Assembly (NCBI GenBank): GCA_003553905.1
Contig: PWEA01000005.1
Location: 7,915-71,914, forward strand
Direction of reading: 5' to 3'
From: Candidatus Aenigmatarchaeota archaeon
GTDB lineage: Archaea > Aenigmatarchaeota > Aenigmatarchaeia > PWEA01
DNA length: 64,000 nt
The notes below the pieces were generated by a model that did no database searches, had not been told where the DNA came from, and saw nothing but the letters and a program-made list of their open reading frames with translations. Shown in pieces: positions 29,479 to 39,307 of this stretch; position 1 is the first letter of the stretch; every line of letters begins with the position of its first letter. Position numbers and translations under genes: made by a program.

Positions 29479-30033
29479 ATGGACCTTTATCAGTTGATAT
29501 TCAGAGTAATTTTGGGGGTGGCCGAATGTTCCAGAGGTTCTGACTGGGGCTGTCTAACCGGAGATCCAACACATGATTTCATATATGCATTCCTACTTCC
29601 ACATATTGTTCTGTTCATTTTTCTATTCATATTTGCTCAACCAATCCATAAACTACACAATGGCCTGGGGGTTTTATTCGGGGTAGGTGCATACATATTC
29701 ATAATATACGAAGGATGGTACGGAGCTATCCTCGCTCCTCTGTTAATCTGGTGGTTTGTATTAAGTATCATTATGGGACTTGGATACTTTTTCATCACGA
29801 AGTTCATGGGTGCCGGTGAACAAAGAGGTAACGTAGGTAAATGGGCAGGTGAAAAGATCAAGAAAGGAATGAAAAAGGAGAAGGTTATACAGCAGCTTGA
29901 AATGGACATCAACGATTACAAACAAAAGTTAAAAAACACAAACAACGACGAACAGATTAAGATTTACACCCAAAAATTAGAAGAACTAAGAGAAACAAAG
30001 AAAAAAATAATGAGAGGAAATCTAGACCCCTGA
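29479..30033 (+). CDS. Membrane protein with C-terminal coiled coil
   Basis: 3-4 TMs (FLLPHIVLF...), charged coiled-coil tail. Confidence 0.75.
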   Translation: MDLYQLIFRVILGVAECSRGSDWGCLTGDPTHDFIYAFLLPHIVLFIFLFIFAQPIHKLHNGLGVLFGVGAYIFIIYEGWYGAILAPLLIWWFVLSIIMGLGYFFITKFMGAGEQRGNVGKWAGEKIKKGMKKEKVIQQLEMDINDYKQKLKNTNNDEQIKIYTQKLEELRETKKKIMRGNLDP

Positions 30034-30048
30034 GGGTGAAAAAATACC

Positions 30049-30528
30049 ATGAGTTCTCCCTTTGTTCAGCTACTTCAAGACCCGACTGTACAGCCGTTCC
30101 TGCCATTTTTCTTTACGTTGGCGGTTGTTTACGGCCTATTGTCTATCATGGGAGAAGGTGATGAAGGACTTTTCGGGAAAAACTCTGTCAACCTTATAAT
30201 TTCTCTCGTATTTGCTTTTTTTGCGGCGGGCTACAGCCCCTTTGTAAATTTCTTCATAAACTATTTCGGCATAATACTATGGTCTTTCATAGGTCTCTTT
30301 TTCCTAGCCTTTTTCAAGAAAGCAATATCAGCAGGAGATGCAAATAGACAGGACAAAATAATAATAGTTGGTGCAGTTCTACTTGTAGGTGTTAGTCTGG
30401 CGGGGCTTGGTACAGGTTACATAAAAGATATGGATATACCGATAATAGGATCAGAGAACTTTATAGTGCTTATAGGACTTTTCCTTGTGATGTTCGTATT
30501 TTACAACGCATATAAGTTAAAGGAGTGA
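30049..30528 (+). CDS. Multi-TM protein, paralog 1 of 4
   Basis: FLPFFFTLAVVYGLL...N.IISLV.AF family motif. Confidence 0.8.
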   Translation: MSSPFVQLLQDPTVQPFLPFFFTLAVVYGLLSIMGEGDEGLFGKNSVNLIISLVFAFFAAGYSPFVNFFINYFGIILWSFIGLFFLAFFKKAISAGDANRQDKIIIVGAVLLVGVSLAGLGTGYIKDMDIPIIGSENFIVLIGLFLVMFVFYNAYKLKE

Positions 30529-30609
30529 AAACTTAGTCTGAATATTTTCAAAAGTGGCAGTACTGGTTGAAGCTTTAAATAAGTAACCTCGAAAGAATAA
30601 AATGGTAAG

Positions 30610-31107
30610 ATGTCAGGAAGCATTATAGGACAAATGATACAGAACCTCGAGGGTCTAGGCTTCTTTGCATATCTACTACCTTGGTTACTTACTCTGGCAA
30701 TAGTATTCGGAGTGCTAGAACATTATGATATGCCCGAGTCAACTTCAGCCAGAGGTGTAATAGCAATAGTTGCTGCATTTGTTGTACTTCCTGTAGGCAA
30801 TATAATAGCTCCATTTTTAAAGAATATAGTCACGGGACTTGTAGCTATAGGAGTCGGTATTCTGGTTGCAGTAATCTTTATAGAACTCCTGGGGTACAAG
30901 GTCAGTGAAAAGGAAAATATCTTCCTTGCAAATCCTATGAGCTTCGGTGTAATAATGATAATACTTGCTGTTATGGTATTCATCGGTGCCGGTGGAATGG
31001 ACCTTGTAGGGTTTAGCATAGATATTACGAGCGAGCTTGTAACGCTACTTGCCTTCCTAGCTGTGATATCGCTGGGTGTTTGGTTTATGGCAGCAAAGGA
31101 AAGTTAA
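30610..31107 (+). CDS. Multi-TM protein, paralog 2 of 4
   Basis: LLPWLLTLAIVFGVL..MPES..ARGVIAIV. Confidence 0.8.
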   Translation: MSGSIIGQMIQNLEGLGFFAYLLPWLLTLAIVFGVLEHYDMPESTSARGVIAIVAAFVVLPVGNIIAPFLKNIVTGLVAIGVGILVAVIFIELLGYKVSEKENIFLANPMSFGVIMIILAVMVFIGAGGMDLVGFSIDITSELVTLLAFLAVISLGVWFMAAKES

Positions 31108-31158
31108 TGTAAGCGAAAGGCTTAAAAAGTTTAAGGAGGAAAAGTAAGGTGTGAAAAG

Positions 31159-31653
31159 ATGAACGGAGTTGCTTTGGATCTTTTTGGAATGGGAGCTGCA
31201 GATTCTTTCTTTATATATGCTATGCCCTGGCTTCTTGTTTTTGCCCTTGTATACGGGATACTTTCACAGTTAGGTGATGGAGGACTACCCAAAAGCGATG
31301 CGTCCAGGGTTGTGATATCAGTAGTACTCGCTTTTTTCTCCCTTCTGTTTGCCCAGCCACTAATGGCTTTTCTTCAGGCAATGGGAGGAAGCACAATCGT
31401 GGTACTCACAGGCTTCTTGTTTTTCCTTATATTACTCGAAATAACAAGTGAAGATGGCGCCATGAAGTTTGTAAGCCAACGTCCAAAGGCCTTTGGTATA
31501 GGTATACTGGCCGTTATAGTTGTTTTATTCCTTGGGTCGGGTGGCATGGAAATGATTGGATGGGGAAACATAGATCCCCAACTGAACCCTGTAACTGTGT
31601 TTTTCCTTGTCATAGTTGCCGTTTCGATATGGTGGATGGTAAATGAAAACTAA
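31159..31653 (+). CDS. Multi-TM protein, paralog 3 of 4
   Basis: MPWLLVFALVYGILSQLGDGGLPKSDASRVVI. Confidence 0.8.
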   Translation: MNGVALDLFGMGAADSFFIYAMPWLLVFALVYGILSQLGDGGLPKSDASRVVISVVLAFFSLLFAQPLMAFLQAMGGSTIVVLTGFLFFLILLEITSEDGAMKFVSQRPKAFGIGILAVIVVLFLGSGGMEMIGWGNIDPQLNPVTVFFLVIVAVSIWWMVNEN

Positions 31654-31665
31654 AAGGTGATATAA

Positions 31666-32268
31666 ATGTTTAATATAGCAAATGGTATGACTGCCTTGAT
31701 GGCGCAGACAGGACCAATCGACGAAGTATCACAGATAATCGGGATAGACTTCTTCTCAATGGTGCTTCCATGGCTTCTGACCTTCGCTATAGTATACGGA
31801 GTACTTTCACAGTTAGGTGATGGAGATGGACTACCCGAAAGTGATGCAGCCAGGGCGGTAATCGGAATAGTACTGGCATTTGTAATAGCACCTGTTCTTT
31901 CGCCTTATGTCATACAGCTCGCTGCGCTTTCAACCGGATTCGTAGCCTTGATCGCCGGAGTAATTCTGCTTTCAATATTCGTTCAGATAGCAGGCTTCGA
32001 AGGTGGTGGAGGTGGAAAGAAGTTCTTCGGGAAGTATCCGACATTAACAGGATTCACTGTCTTCGTACTCGCGGTATTGATTTTCATAGGATCAGGTGCA
32101 CATGAAGCCCTTGGTATAACAATCCCAGGATACATATCACAAAACTATCCGCTGTTGTTTTTCCTTGCATTCATGGTTATGATTGTACACTGGATGGTCA
32201 AGGGAGACGAAGACAACAAAAAAAGCGGCGGTAAACCAAAGCAACAAAGACCGAAACAACAGAATTAA
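31666..32268 (+). CDS. Multi-TM protein, paralog 4 of 4
   Basis: LPWLLTFAIVYGVLSQLGDGDGLPESDAARAVI. Confidence 0.8.
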   Translation: MFNIANGMTALMAQTGPIDEVSQIIGIDFFSMVLPWLLTFAIVYGVLSQLGDGDGLPESDAARAVIGIVLAFVIAPVLSPYVIQLAALSTGFVALIAGVILLSIFVQIAGFEGGGGGKKFFGKYPTLTGFTVFVLAVLIFIGSGAHEALGITIPGYISQNYPLLFFLAFMVMIVHWMVKGDEDNKKSGGKPKQQRPKQQN

Positions 32269-32279
32269 AATCTTTTCTC

Positions 32280-33074
32280 TTAGTCTGTTGGAATAGCTGA
32301 CATCCCGTCCTTTTCGTCTTGATTTTCCTCCAAAGAATCACCACCTACCATAGCCAAAGCCTTGTTTCTGTTGTCTCTCGATAGTTTTGGTAAAAACTCC
32401 TTAAATGCTCTTTCCAAAGAACTAACTCTGGATTCGATGCTCTCGACCCGAGAAAGTGCTTCATCTGCATCTTCTTCTATGTCTCTTATCTTTTTACGCT
32501 GGCTTTTTTCAAGATCTTCGACCTTGTCTTTGACGCTTTCAAGTTCTGTGTTTATATCACCGATATCATCGATAAGACCACTTAACTCGAGTTCTACGTT
32601 ATCCCACTTTTCATCGATTATCTCTTCCACAAGTATTTCGAGTTCTATCTGATCTTCATCTGACATCCCTGTCTTGTTACTGGACGGCTGTGAAAAATCG
32701 CTGTCTTCCTGATTTTCTTCCTGATTTGTAAAAGATGATGACGGCTGGGGTGCAATGAAGTTTTTATCGGAGATACCATCACCTGAACTACTGTAATCGG
32801 CTGGAATTTCTTCGTCGAAGTCCGGTGAACCACGAGCAACCCTTTCTTCTCCGGAGAAGCTTGAAACCTTGTTTTTGAGTACTTTGTTCATACTCCTCTC
32901 TATCTCATCGTTTGGATAGCCCTTGGCCTTGAGTTCATCGATTATCTCCATCTCAGAATATCCTCTCGAAGCAAGTCTCCTGACCTCTCCTGTAGGAGAC
33001 CCACCCCCAGAAGAATCTAAACTATCACTCCTCTCACTACCTCCGTCGGTGTTATTACCCAAACCAAGAACCAT
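32280..33074 (-). CDS. Cytoplasmic protein: small helical domain, disordered linker, coiled coil (pilus-locus accessory)
   Basis: P..EV..L..RGYS..EII..L...GY N-terminal domain; E.LVEEII.EKW followed by heptads. Confidence 0.75.
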   Translation of the reverse strand: MVLGLGNNTDGGSERSDSLDSSGGGSPTGEVRRLASRGYSEMEIIDELKAKGYPNDEIERSMNKVLKNKVSSFSGEERVARGSPDFDEEIPADYSSSGDGISDKNFIAPQPSSSFTNQEENQEDSDFSQPSSNKTGMSDEDQIELEILVEEIIDEKWDNVELELSGLIDDIGDINTELESVKDKVEDLEKSQRKKIRDIEEDADEALSRVESIESRVSSLERAFKEFLPKLSRDNRNKALAMVGGDSLEENQDEKDGMSAIPTD

Positions 33075-33079
33075 GTTAC

Positions 33080-33481
33080 CTACTTTCTCCTTTGAAACTC
33101 CTCTTTAATAAGTCTTTTTACTTCTTCTTCGGTAAGAAACTCCGTCTCGAGGGGAGAAAAAAGATCTACGAAGCTTTTCACCTCTTCGAACTCGCCTCTG
33201 CGGGGAACGTCCTCCAGTCTTTCCTTGATCTTGGGTATTTTGTTTTCTACCTTCATTATCCTCATTAGAAGTTCGTCCAGTCCGTCCTTTACCTTTTCTA
33301 TGTCCTCGACTTCCTTCTTTTCTAGATCCATCAACCGATCTTCTATAGACTTAAGGTTCGATTCCATGGAGTTACTTCTTTTCTCCACATCTCTGATACG
33401 TCTGGAATTTCCTTTAACACGGTCCAAAAGCTCCCGTACAATATCCCTGAGACCCGAATCATCCGCCTCACCGAAAGCCAT
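33080..33481 (-). CDS. Coiled-coil protein, weakly ArlC/FlaC-like
   Basis: Continuous heptads ending in EEVKSFVDLFSPL; divergent from the ATPase. Confidence 0.7.
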   Translation of the reverse strand: MAFGEADDSGLRDIVRELLDRVKGNSRRIRDVEKRSNSMESNLKSIEDRLMDLEKKEVEDIEKVKDGLDELLMRIMKVENKIPKIKERLEDVPRRGEFEEVKSFVDLFSPLETEFLTEEEVKRLIKEEFQRRK

Positions 33482-33578
33482 AGTATCAGTTTACTTTATT
33501 AGAACTTTACTTAATAAAGTTAGAGGGATACAAAACTTTTAGAAGCTCCTACACAAAAGATAAGTATATACCTGTACT

Positions 33579-35861
33579 GTGGTTCAAATGCCATGTGATT
33601 ACGAATACAACCAAAAGGAAAATAAAATAGAAGTAAACTGCTCTGGATGCATCTACGGAAGTAGTGTAGCTGACTACGAGGAGTGTATGGCGAACACAAT
33701 CGATAAAATTCTTGAAGTAAAAGGAGTAGAATCGATTGTATTCAAAAACAGCCGTGAACACGAGTATCCGTATGAGCAGACAAAGCTCCTTGTAGAGATA
33801 GCCCAGGTTCTTAAGGATCTGACCAAAGACAAGGGTCTAAGGAAACTAAAGAAGCTAGATGTACCGGGCTGCAACAAATATTTCCGGGAAAAATATTCGG
33901 AGCTACAGAATATAATCCTCGAAGAACTGAGCAAGGACCCAATAGGTACGTACATACATCTCAAAAGAAAGATAAGGCATCTCAAGATCCAATTAAAGGA
34001 AAATAAGGGTGGTTCACAGAACGAGTGCAGAGAAAAGTACATGAACAAAATACTTATACCAATAAAGGACGAGATCGAGAACACGGGAATGATACAGGGG
34101 GTTAAAAACCAACTTTCCGGATATCGACCAGGCAGGAGAGACGCCTACAGAGAGCTTTTTTACCCTTCTGTACGACCAAACTTCATGCGGACAAAATACA
34201 TGAGACAAGCCCCCGAAGAAGGTAAGAAGGTAGAACATTATGATGTAGGAACTTCTGATGTAGATATATACAGACTGCCTGAAGAAACCAGGCCTCTATA
34301 CCACTTTTCCCCTCCCGAGTTCAAACTCGAGGAGGAAGAATATAAGATACTAGACGAGGCTCAGAGATATATCAGCGAGCATAGACCCGAAACTACCGAG
34401 TTTGCAGAGTCGAAGAGAACCAGGGAAGTTTTCACATCAATATGCAGGGACCTGGTGAAAGACATAGCGGATAATAAGAAAACTGTACTGGAAACCGATC
34501 AGGTCGAAAGACTCACAACCATACTAGGTAGATATACAGGTGGTTTGGGGATACTTGAAGCACTCCTGGAGGACAAAAGAATCCAAGACATATACATAAA
34601 CTCACCAATAGGAAACAAACCGATCTTCGTCAACCACGAAAAATATGGAGAATGCAAAACAAATATAATACCCACCCAAGACGATGCAGAAAGCTGGGCA
34701 ACAAAACTAAGACTTTCGAGTGGAAGACCATTGGACGAAGCCAATCCGGTTCTTGATGCATCCATAGAGGTACCCGGAGGAAGTGCAAGGATAACGGTCA
34801 TAGCTCCCACGCTTTCACCTGAAGGTATTGGTTTTGCTATAAGAAGACACAGAGAAGATCCATGGACATATCCACTGTACTTGAGACCGGATATAAACTA
34901 TATAAATCCACTTTTTGCAGGTCTCATGAGCTTCATAATCGATGGTGGACGTACGTTCCTCGTTGGGGGTGGAAGGGGTTCTGGAAAAACATCACTTCTC
35001 GGAGCCTCGATGCTTGAAATGAAGAGAGACTGGAGGATACTTACAGCAGAGGATACATTAGAGCTACCAGTCGAAAGGCTCAAAAGGCTTGACTACGATG
35101 CACAGAGATTAAAGTCAAGGTCTGTTATAACCCAGGTAGAAACCGAACTTCCTGCGTCGGAAGCAATACGAACGGCCCTTCGTCTGGGTGATTCAGCACT
35201 AGTTATAGGTGAAGTAAGGAGCACGGAAGCAAAGGCCCTCTACGAAGCCATGCGTATAGGAGCGATGGCTAAAACGGTCGCCGGTACTATACATGGTGAA
35301 TCAGCATACGGTCTTTTCGACCGTGTTGTAAACGACCTCGGAGTCCCAAAGACATCTTTCAAAGCTACAGACATCGTAGTTATATGCAACAGGATAAAGA
35401 GCGCATCCGGTCTCGAGGAAATAAGAAGAGTAACAAGTGTTACTGAAGTAAGAAAACACTGGTCCGATGATCCCAGGGCAGAGGATGGATTTGTTCCTCT
35501 TATGAAATATTCGGCAGAAGATGACGAGTTAAAACCGACCGACACTCTACTAAACGGTGAGTCAGAGGTTCTGAATAAGATATCTTCACAGGTCAAGGAC
35601 TGGGCAGGAAGGTGGGATAGGGTCTGGGAAAATATAGAGCTCAGGGCTAAGGTTAAAAAAGCCATAACCGACTATGCACTCGAAACAGGTGAAGAAGATC
35701 TAATGGAAGCCCCGTTTGTTGTCAAGAGCAACAGCAAGTTCCGCCTTATCATGGACGAGGTAAAAAAGAAGACAGGTTACATAGACCCGGATGAAACCTT
35801 CGATAAGTGGGAACAATGGCTCAAGGATCAGATAAAGACTGGTGAATTTAGGAATGTTTAA
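33579..35861 (+). CDS. Type II/IV secretion (TadA/ArlI/VirB11-like) ATPase with Cys-rich N-terminal extension
   Basis: Walker A GGRGSGKT, Asp box AEDTLEL, LRLGDS..VIGEVR (Walker B), GTIH; N-terminal CSGC...EECM. Confidence 0.93.
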   Translation: MVQMPCDYEYNQKENKIEVNCSGCIYGSSVADYEECMANTIDKILEVKGVESIVFKNSREHEYPYEQTKLLVEIAQVLKDLTKDKGLRKLKKLDVPGCNKYFREKYSELQNIILEELSKDPIGTYIHLKRKIRHLKIQLKENKGGSQNECREKYMNKILIPIKDEIENTGMIQGVKNQLSGYRPGRRDAYRELFYPSVRPNFMRTKYMRQAPEEGKKVEHYDVGTSDVDIYRLPEETRPLYHFSPPEFKLEEEEYKILDEAQRYISEHRPETTEFAESKRTREVFTSICRDLVKDIADNKKTVLETDQVERLTTILGRYTGGLGILEALLEDKRIQDIYINSPIGNKPIFVNHEKYGECKTNIIPTQDDAESWATKLRLSSGRPLDEANPVLDASIEVPGGSARITVIAPTLSPEGIGFAIRRHREDPWTYPLYLRPDINYINPLFAGLMSFIIDGGRTFLVGGGRGSGKTSLLGASMLEMKRDWRILTAEDTLELPVERLKRLDYDAQRLKSRSVITQVETELPASEAIRTALRLGDSALVIGEVRSTEAKALYEAMRIGAMAKTVAGTIHGESAYGLFDRVVNDLGVPKTSFKATDIVVICNRIKSASGLEEIRRVTSVTEVRKHWSDDPRAEDGFVPLMKYSAEDDELKPTDTLLNGESEVLNKISSQVKDWAGRWDRVWENIELRAKVKKAITDYALETGEEDLMEAPFVVKSNSKFRLIMDEVKKKTGYIDPDETFDKWEQWLKDQIKTGEFRNV

Positions 35862-37938
35862 GGGCGATAAGGATGACCGCAAAGAAGAGATAAAAAGACT
35901 TCTGGAAAGAAGAAACGAAGGACTCCGGATGCCCGAAAGCAGAAAAAGAACATTCACATCGAGGGAGTACGAAACATTCTTAAAAGAGGAACAGAAGCAG
36001 AGGAAACTATCACTTTACGAAAAACTATGTAATATTGCCGAAAATATAATAGTCGTAGAGCCGTCCGATGAAAAGAGGGAGGAGATGGAACGGTCAATAG
36101 ATATGACCTACATGAATATAACCCCTGAGGGGGCCTACTCTCTAGCCATTCTGTCCGGTATCGGCATCTTTGTCACTGCGATATTACTTATGGTACTGGG
36201 TCTTGCCTCGATAATATTTGGTCTCCTCATGTTTATACTGGGTGGTGTATCAATATACCTCCTCGCAGAATATCCAAATTCGGAGGCCAGGCTTTTCCGG
36301 GTCAAAGCTGCCGATCAGATTATGCTTGCTGTGATATACATGGTCATATACATGCGTACTTCTCCTAACCTCGAAGGTGCAGTTAAATTCACCGCCAAGC
36401 ATCTAGGAGAGCCCCTTTCACTTGATTTCAAAAAACTGCTCTGGGATGTAGAAACCCGAAACTATGTTTCGATGAGGGAAGCCCTTTCCGCCTACCTGGA
36501 AAAGTGGGAAGACAACAAAACCTTCGTGGAAGCTATACAGATAATAGAAGACTCGATGCAACAAGCCGGAGAAAAAAGAAAAAGAATGCTCAACGAAGCA
36601 ATAAACACGATGATGACAGGCTCAAGAGAGATGATGAAAAACTACTCAAACAAACTCGAACTTCCTATACTCGTAATACACGCCCTCGGTATAATGCTTC
36701 CTATCATGGTTCTGATAATGTTCCCTATAATAATGCTTATGCTTGAAGAAACTATCCGGCCTGCGTTTCTCATTCTGGGCTACAATGTTATACTACCGCT
36801 CATAATATATCTAACAGGAAAAAGAACGCTGGAGTACAGGCCGATGGGATTTTCTGAGCCTGACATATCAAAACATCCGGACCACATTCCCTCTGGAATG
36901 ATAAACATCGCAGGTAAGGAGATAAAGATATGGCCTATATCTGTTCTTCTGTCGGTTCCTGTGATAATTACCGGTATCTATCTGGTTAACTTCTACGCAG
37001 GTACAGATATATCAACTCAGCTCTACACGTCAATAATCATAACCATCGGAATAGCACTGGGTCCTTCGAGCTACTTCTACCTCGACTCCAGCGCTAAGCT
37101 CAAGATAAGGAAGGAGGTGAAGGATATCGAGGATGAATTTTCGGAGTCTCTTTTCTCACTGGGTAATATACTCAAGCTGGGTAAGCCAATGGAGAGGGCC
37201 ATGGAAGAAGCTGCTGTAAAAAATAAGGATATGGACATATCGAAGATGTTCGATATAGTCGTAAACAATATCAAAAAGGGTGGGATGAACATCAGGAAGG
37301 CTTTTTTCGATGATGAATACGGTGCAGTGTGGCATTATCCTTCGACACTCATAATATCCGTCATGAAAATCGTCATAGATGCGACAAAAAAGGGTTCCGA
37401 TATTGTCTCTAGGTCAACTATATCAATATCAAAGTATCTACAACAGCTCGATGAGATAGAAGAAGACCTGAAAAATATGCTCTCTTCGGAGACTACTTCT
37501 ATGCAGTTCCTGGGAACGTTTCTTGGACCCTTTGTGGCAGGTGTTTCTGTGGCCATGGCTGCTATAATGATATCAATATTCCAAGGTGTGGGTGGTTCAT
37601 TGGATGCACTGGCAGGAACCGGAACCTCACCCGGTGTTGGAGGTCTAGGTGGGATGGGACTCAATGAAGGCCTAGTAGGTGGATGGGGTTCAGCAGAAAA
37701 TATGATACCCATATCATGGATACAGGTTGTCGTAGGTCTCTATGCTATCCAGACATCCTACCTTCTTTCTATGCTAACATCCGGCATAGAAAACGGTCCC
37801 GGTGACCAAATAAAGAAAAGACAGTCCGCAGCAATTATGATAATGATAGGTGTAATAGTCTACGGTGTTTCAATTGCTGTGGTTTGGCAAATATTCGGAG
37901 GGCAGATATCTGAACTTCTAGCAGCAACCATAAACTGA
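35842..37938 (+). CDS. TadC/ArlJ-like type IV pilus membrane platform protein
   Basis: Two T2SSF-like halves with multiple TMs; P.LE.AV.F, DF..LLW.VE, IE.EF...LF.LGN....G.PME.A; overlaps the ATPase end (ATG alternative at 35854). Confidence 0.85.
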   Translation: MNLGMFKGDKDDRKEEIKRLLERRNEGLRMPESRKRTFTSREYETFLKEEQKQRKLSLYEKLCNIAENIIVVEPSDEKREEMERSIDMTYMNITPEGAYSLAILSGIGIFVTAILLMVLGLASIIFGLLMFILGGVSIYLLAEYPNSEARLFRVKAADQIMLAVIYMVIYMRTSPNLEGAVKFTAKHLGEPLSLDFKKLLWDVETRNYVSMREALSAYLEKWEDNKTFVEAIQIIEDSMQQAGEKRKRMLNEAINTMMTGSREMMKNYSNKLELPILVIHALGIMLPIMVLIMFPIIMLMLEETIRPAFLILGYNVILPLIIYLTGKRTLEYRPMGFSEPDISKHPDHIPSGMINIAGKEIKIWPISVLLSVPVIITGIYLVNFYAGTDISTQLYTSIIITIGIALGPSSYFYLDSSAKLKIRKEVKDIEDEFSESLFSLGNILKLGKPMERAMEEAAVKNKDMDISKMFDIVVNNIKKGGMNIRKAFFDDEYGAVWHYPSTLIISVMKIVIDATKKGSDIVSRSTISISKYLQQLDEIEEDLKNMLSSETTSMQFLGTFLGPFVAGVSVAMAAIMISIFQGVGGSLDALAGTGTSPGVGGLGGMGLNEGLVGGWGSAENMIPISWIQVVVGLYAIQTSYLLSMLTSGIENGPGDQIKKRQSAAIMIMIGVIVYGVSIAVVWQIFGGQISELLAATIN

Positions 37939-37987
37939 GGGAGGAAAACAATAAAAACAAGGTAAAACAAGGTTTACCTAGGTCCAC

Positions 37988-39286
37988 ATGAAGCCGCTCA
38001 ACGACCAGATAGGAGCTTCAACTCTTATCATGATAATAGCCGGGGTAATAATAATACTCATAGCGGGCAGCTTTGCAACAGTACTGATGAGTCGTATTGC
38101 CCAAGACGTACTTGGACAAAGTGTCATGTGTGATACTTTTTGTTCGATGCAGTCTACTGTTAAAGAAGTGACAACACTGGATATGATACCAAGCCCCGGA
38201 CTTACCGGTACACTTGGTTATATTGCCATAGGGGCTGTAATAGGTTCGGTGGTACCGGGAATAGGAACCGCGATAGGAGCAGCGATAGGAGCAATTGTTG
38301 GAGTTGCTATAGCCGCAGTACAACATTTTGCAAGCTGGCTGGGAAGAGATGATGAAGATGTTGCAAGAGATCTGGCAATAGACTACTTGGTTCGCCCCGA
38401 AGGCATGGGTTGTTACTGTGGCGTGTCCAATGCCAGAGGAAAGTATATACACTTTCTGACACCCGGTCCTAGCTCAACCAGGCCACATGTGGCCGAGTTC
38501 CATCTAACAGACCAAACTCCGGAAAAACATCTCCAAGAAGAGATAATAGATACAGATGGAAACACTATATTCAAACACGGTGGTTATGGCCAAAAAAGTA
38601 ACTGTGAAGATGAACTTAGTAAAATAGATGAACTTGACAACGGTGAATACTTAGTCGAACTCGATATATATCCAGGGTGCATAATACTATCAACGACCGA
38701 TGACAACTGTGCAATATGGGCATTCAATGAAACCTTTGCAATAACCAATGAAGAAGGAAAGTCCATAAGGGAACAGGCTGAAGAACAGGATAAAATAATA
38801 TTCGCTAGCACGATAAGGTCCGATGACCCCGTAAACAGCCTGGGTATCGCAGAAGAGATAGAGGCAAGTGGCAGACACGAGTCCCAGAGGATGCTCCTCG
38901 AGCATTACGAAGAAGGTATACACCCATTCCAAGTTCACGTCCCTGTAGTTTGTAAATCTGAAGAAAGAACTGAAAGGCGTGTCCAGGATCCACTTGACAG
39001 GGCATGTAGAGAACAGTGCCATGACGGAAACGCACTTCTATGGGCTTCTAGGTGTTTCGAAGAACCAGAAGATGCCGGGGAAACCTACTATTCACTGGAA
39101 GAAGATTTTCTTCCAGAAGAATATGATGACACCAGAGACTTATGCCCTATGGAAGACGAAGACAACGGAGATGAAGACGGGGGGGAAGATGAAAACAACA
39201 ACGAAGATCGCGGTTATCCCTTCTGTCTCTGTAACACTCCTCGAAGTTATTCATGGGAACTGGACGAAGAATACGCAGAAATATAA
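37988..39286 (+). CDS. Large Cys-rich pilin-like/adhesin protein, family A-1 (with glycine-zipper insert)
   Basis: N-terminal hydrophobic helix; 14 Cys aligned with 39308 and 40573; GCYCGV, IHF, SQRMLL. Confidence 0.8.
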   Translation: MKPLNDQIGASTLIMIIAGVIIILIAGSFATVLMSRIAQDVLGQSVMCDTFCSMQSTVKEVTTLDMIPSPGLTGTLGYIAIGAVIGSVVPGIGTAIGAAIGAIVGVAIAAVQHFASWLGRDDEDVARDLAIDYLVRPEGMGCYCGVSNARGKYIHFLTPGPSSTRPHVAEFHLTDQTPEKHLQEEIIDTDGNTIFKHGGYGQKSNCEDELSKIDELDNGEYLVELDIYPGCIILSTTDDNCAIWAFNETFAITNEEGKSIREQAEEQDKIIFASTIRSDDPVNSLGIAEEIEASGRHESQRMLLEHYEEGIHPFQVHVPVVCKSEERTERRVQDPLDRACREQCHDGNALLWASRCFEEPEDAGETYYSLEEDFLPEEYDDTRDLCPMEDEDNGDEDGGEDENNNEDRGYPFCLCNTPRSYSWELDEEYAEI

Positions 39287-39307
39287 TATCTTGAATTTGT
39301 GATGTAA

